The notes under the pieces are model-generated. The model ran no database searches and was not told where the DNA came from. It saw only the letters and a program-made list of their open reading frames with translations. 64,000 bases of DNA from Hormiphora californensis (Eukaryota > Animalia > Ctenophora), in the NCBI GenBank assembly GCA_020137815.1, contig CM035360.1, positions 4,030,001 to 4,094,000 on the forward strand, read 5' to 3'. Position 1 is the first letter of the stretch. The number at the start of each line of letters is the position of its first letter. Shown here piece after piece: positions 62,585 to 64,000 of this stretch. The translations under genes and the position numbers were made by a program.

Positions 62585-64000
62585 TTATTTATTGGTTTTT
62601 TTTAGATCACTAGCCTTTTACTTGAATCAATTATTAAACTATACTACTTACTTAGTATTTACACTATGTACTTATTAATCAACAGTTAATTATCTAACTA
62701 GTTAATTATCTAACTAGTTAATTATCAATTATCTACCTAGTTAATTTCTCAATTATCTAACTACTTAATCACTCATCGAATTAATTACGCTATTTCTTAA
62801 TTAGATATTTTATAACCCTTATTTTCTACATACATTTATATATATATATATTATATCGAATGACTGCCGACGGTTTTTTAAGGCCTTTAGGATCTTATAA
62901 TCCTATAAGAGCCGCTTTAGAAGGCTTGTTAGTGGTGGGTGCGTTGCTTCAATCGACTGATTGAAACGGCGTCCTCCTAGCACTAACAATGCATAGGCCC
63001 AAAAGCGGGATATAAATTATAATTGTATTTGTATTTGTATTTGTATCCGGACGGTCTGTACAATTTATTTGCGATTTCGATGGTTTTGCATTTTTAAAAA
63101 AAGTGTGAATTTTTAATTTGCTTTCCTGAGAACATCTTCTCAAATATTAAAAACCTTTGGAAAGGTGAATTTATGATTCTCCCGTCATTGATAAGTAAAA
63201 AATGCCAGCAACCAGTCTTCGGTATGCGATTGGTTGTGCTCTGACGGCTGACCTATTTGGAATTCTGGAAAATAGGGGCATTTATGGCGAGTACTAAACT
63301 TTGCAGTTATTATACAAATGATGGAAGAGGTGGAGTTGGAAGGTTATGTGAATAAGAAAGGTTTGTTCTAGATATTGACCTCAAGCCACAGCTCTCTTTC
63401 CATTTCTTCCCCTTTTTGTCAGTCCCACTGACAGAATTGTCAGAAATGAGTAATGGGCTACCAAAAACGAAATTTTAACGGCCAAACCCCATTCAGGAGT
63501 ACCTCTAGCTATAGAAATATGCCACCAGTCACGGGTCACCACCAGACACCGAGAGTTAGAGCGGTTAGTGCCATTTTAGTGAATCAAATTTGTTGGCAGC
63601 GTGCACCTGTAAACAGGCCACGAAACACCCAGATCGTAACGGCGTATACTCCATTTTTTCAACTGTTCACCCCCCCAAAGTCGTGTGTGGAATTGTTTTG
63701 CGTGTTTATCACATGTTAACGTGTAGCGCGCGCCACGAAAATTCTAAATTTCAGTTTTTGGGTAAACAGTTGAAAAAAAATGGACTTTAACTTTAAGTCG
63801 AATTTATTGAAACCGACTGCCCACCCTATGACACGCGATTTGTTGATTGCGAACTTGAGTGTTTTTGTGCTCTTATTCTTTTGTTCTTCAAACAATTATT
63901 TGCCCTACTCAGCACTCCACTCTGTGAGACCTCAGACCTACGGCCATCATACACGTACGAGGGTTCTGCAGCGCATGTCAATCCATTTTCTTAGACTTAA

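Overview
Eukaryotic, intron-rich, transposon-dense DNA, most likely from a pleurobrachiid ctenophore (Pleurobrachia/Hormiphora-like). The inference rests on two near-identical copies of a 43-44-nt sequence that I recognise from memory as the ctenophore trans-spliced leader (SL). Genes: the 3' part of a rhodopsin-class GPCR, intronless PPIL1 followed 226 nt later by an SLC35E2-like transporter, a same-strand intronless MFS/SV2-like gene nested in that transporter's intron, a second GPCR, a SAM + acidic-Tyr + Pro-rich + SH2 adaptor with SLP-76/BLNK architecture, and a ~1400-aa secreted mucin-like protein. Mobile DNA: many palindromic non-autonomous DNA transposons, most with readable TSDs (41 bp to 3.8 kb, including a foldback-type element with 32-bp satellite arms), a CRE-clade retrotransposon remnant and three L2/CR1-group LINEs. 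The most interesting signal is that neither SL copy looks like an SL-RNA gene, since neither has a GT donor. One forms the exact 5' end of a full-length LINE whose ATG-less ORF2 overlaps ORF1 at an A_AAA_AAC slippery site. The other is fused directly to a hammerhead-ribozyme-like core. This suggests retroelements whose RNA 5' end is defined by host trans-splicing. Scattered single-base frameshifts and degraded microsatellites suggest residual assembly errors.
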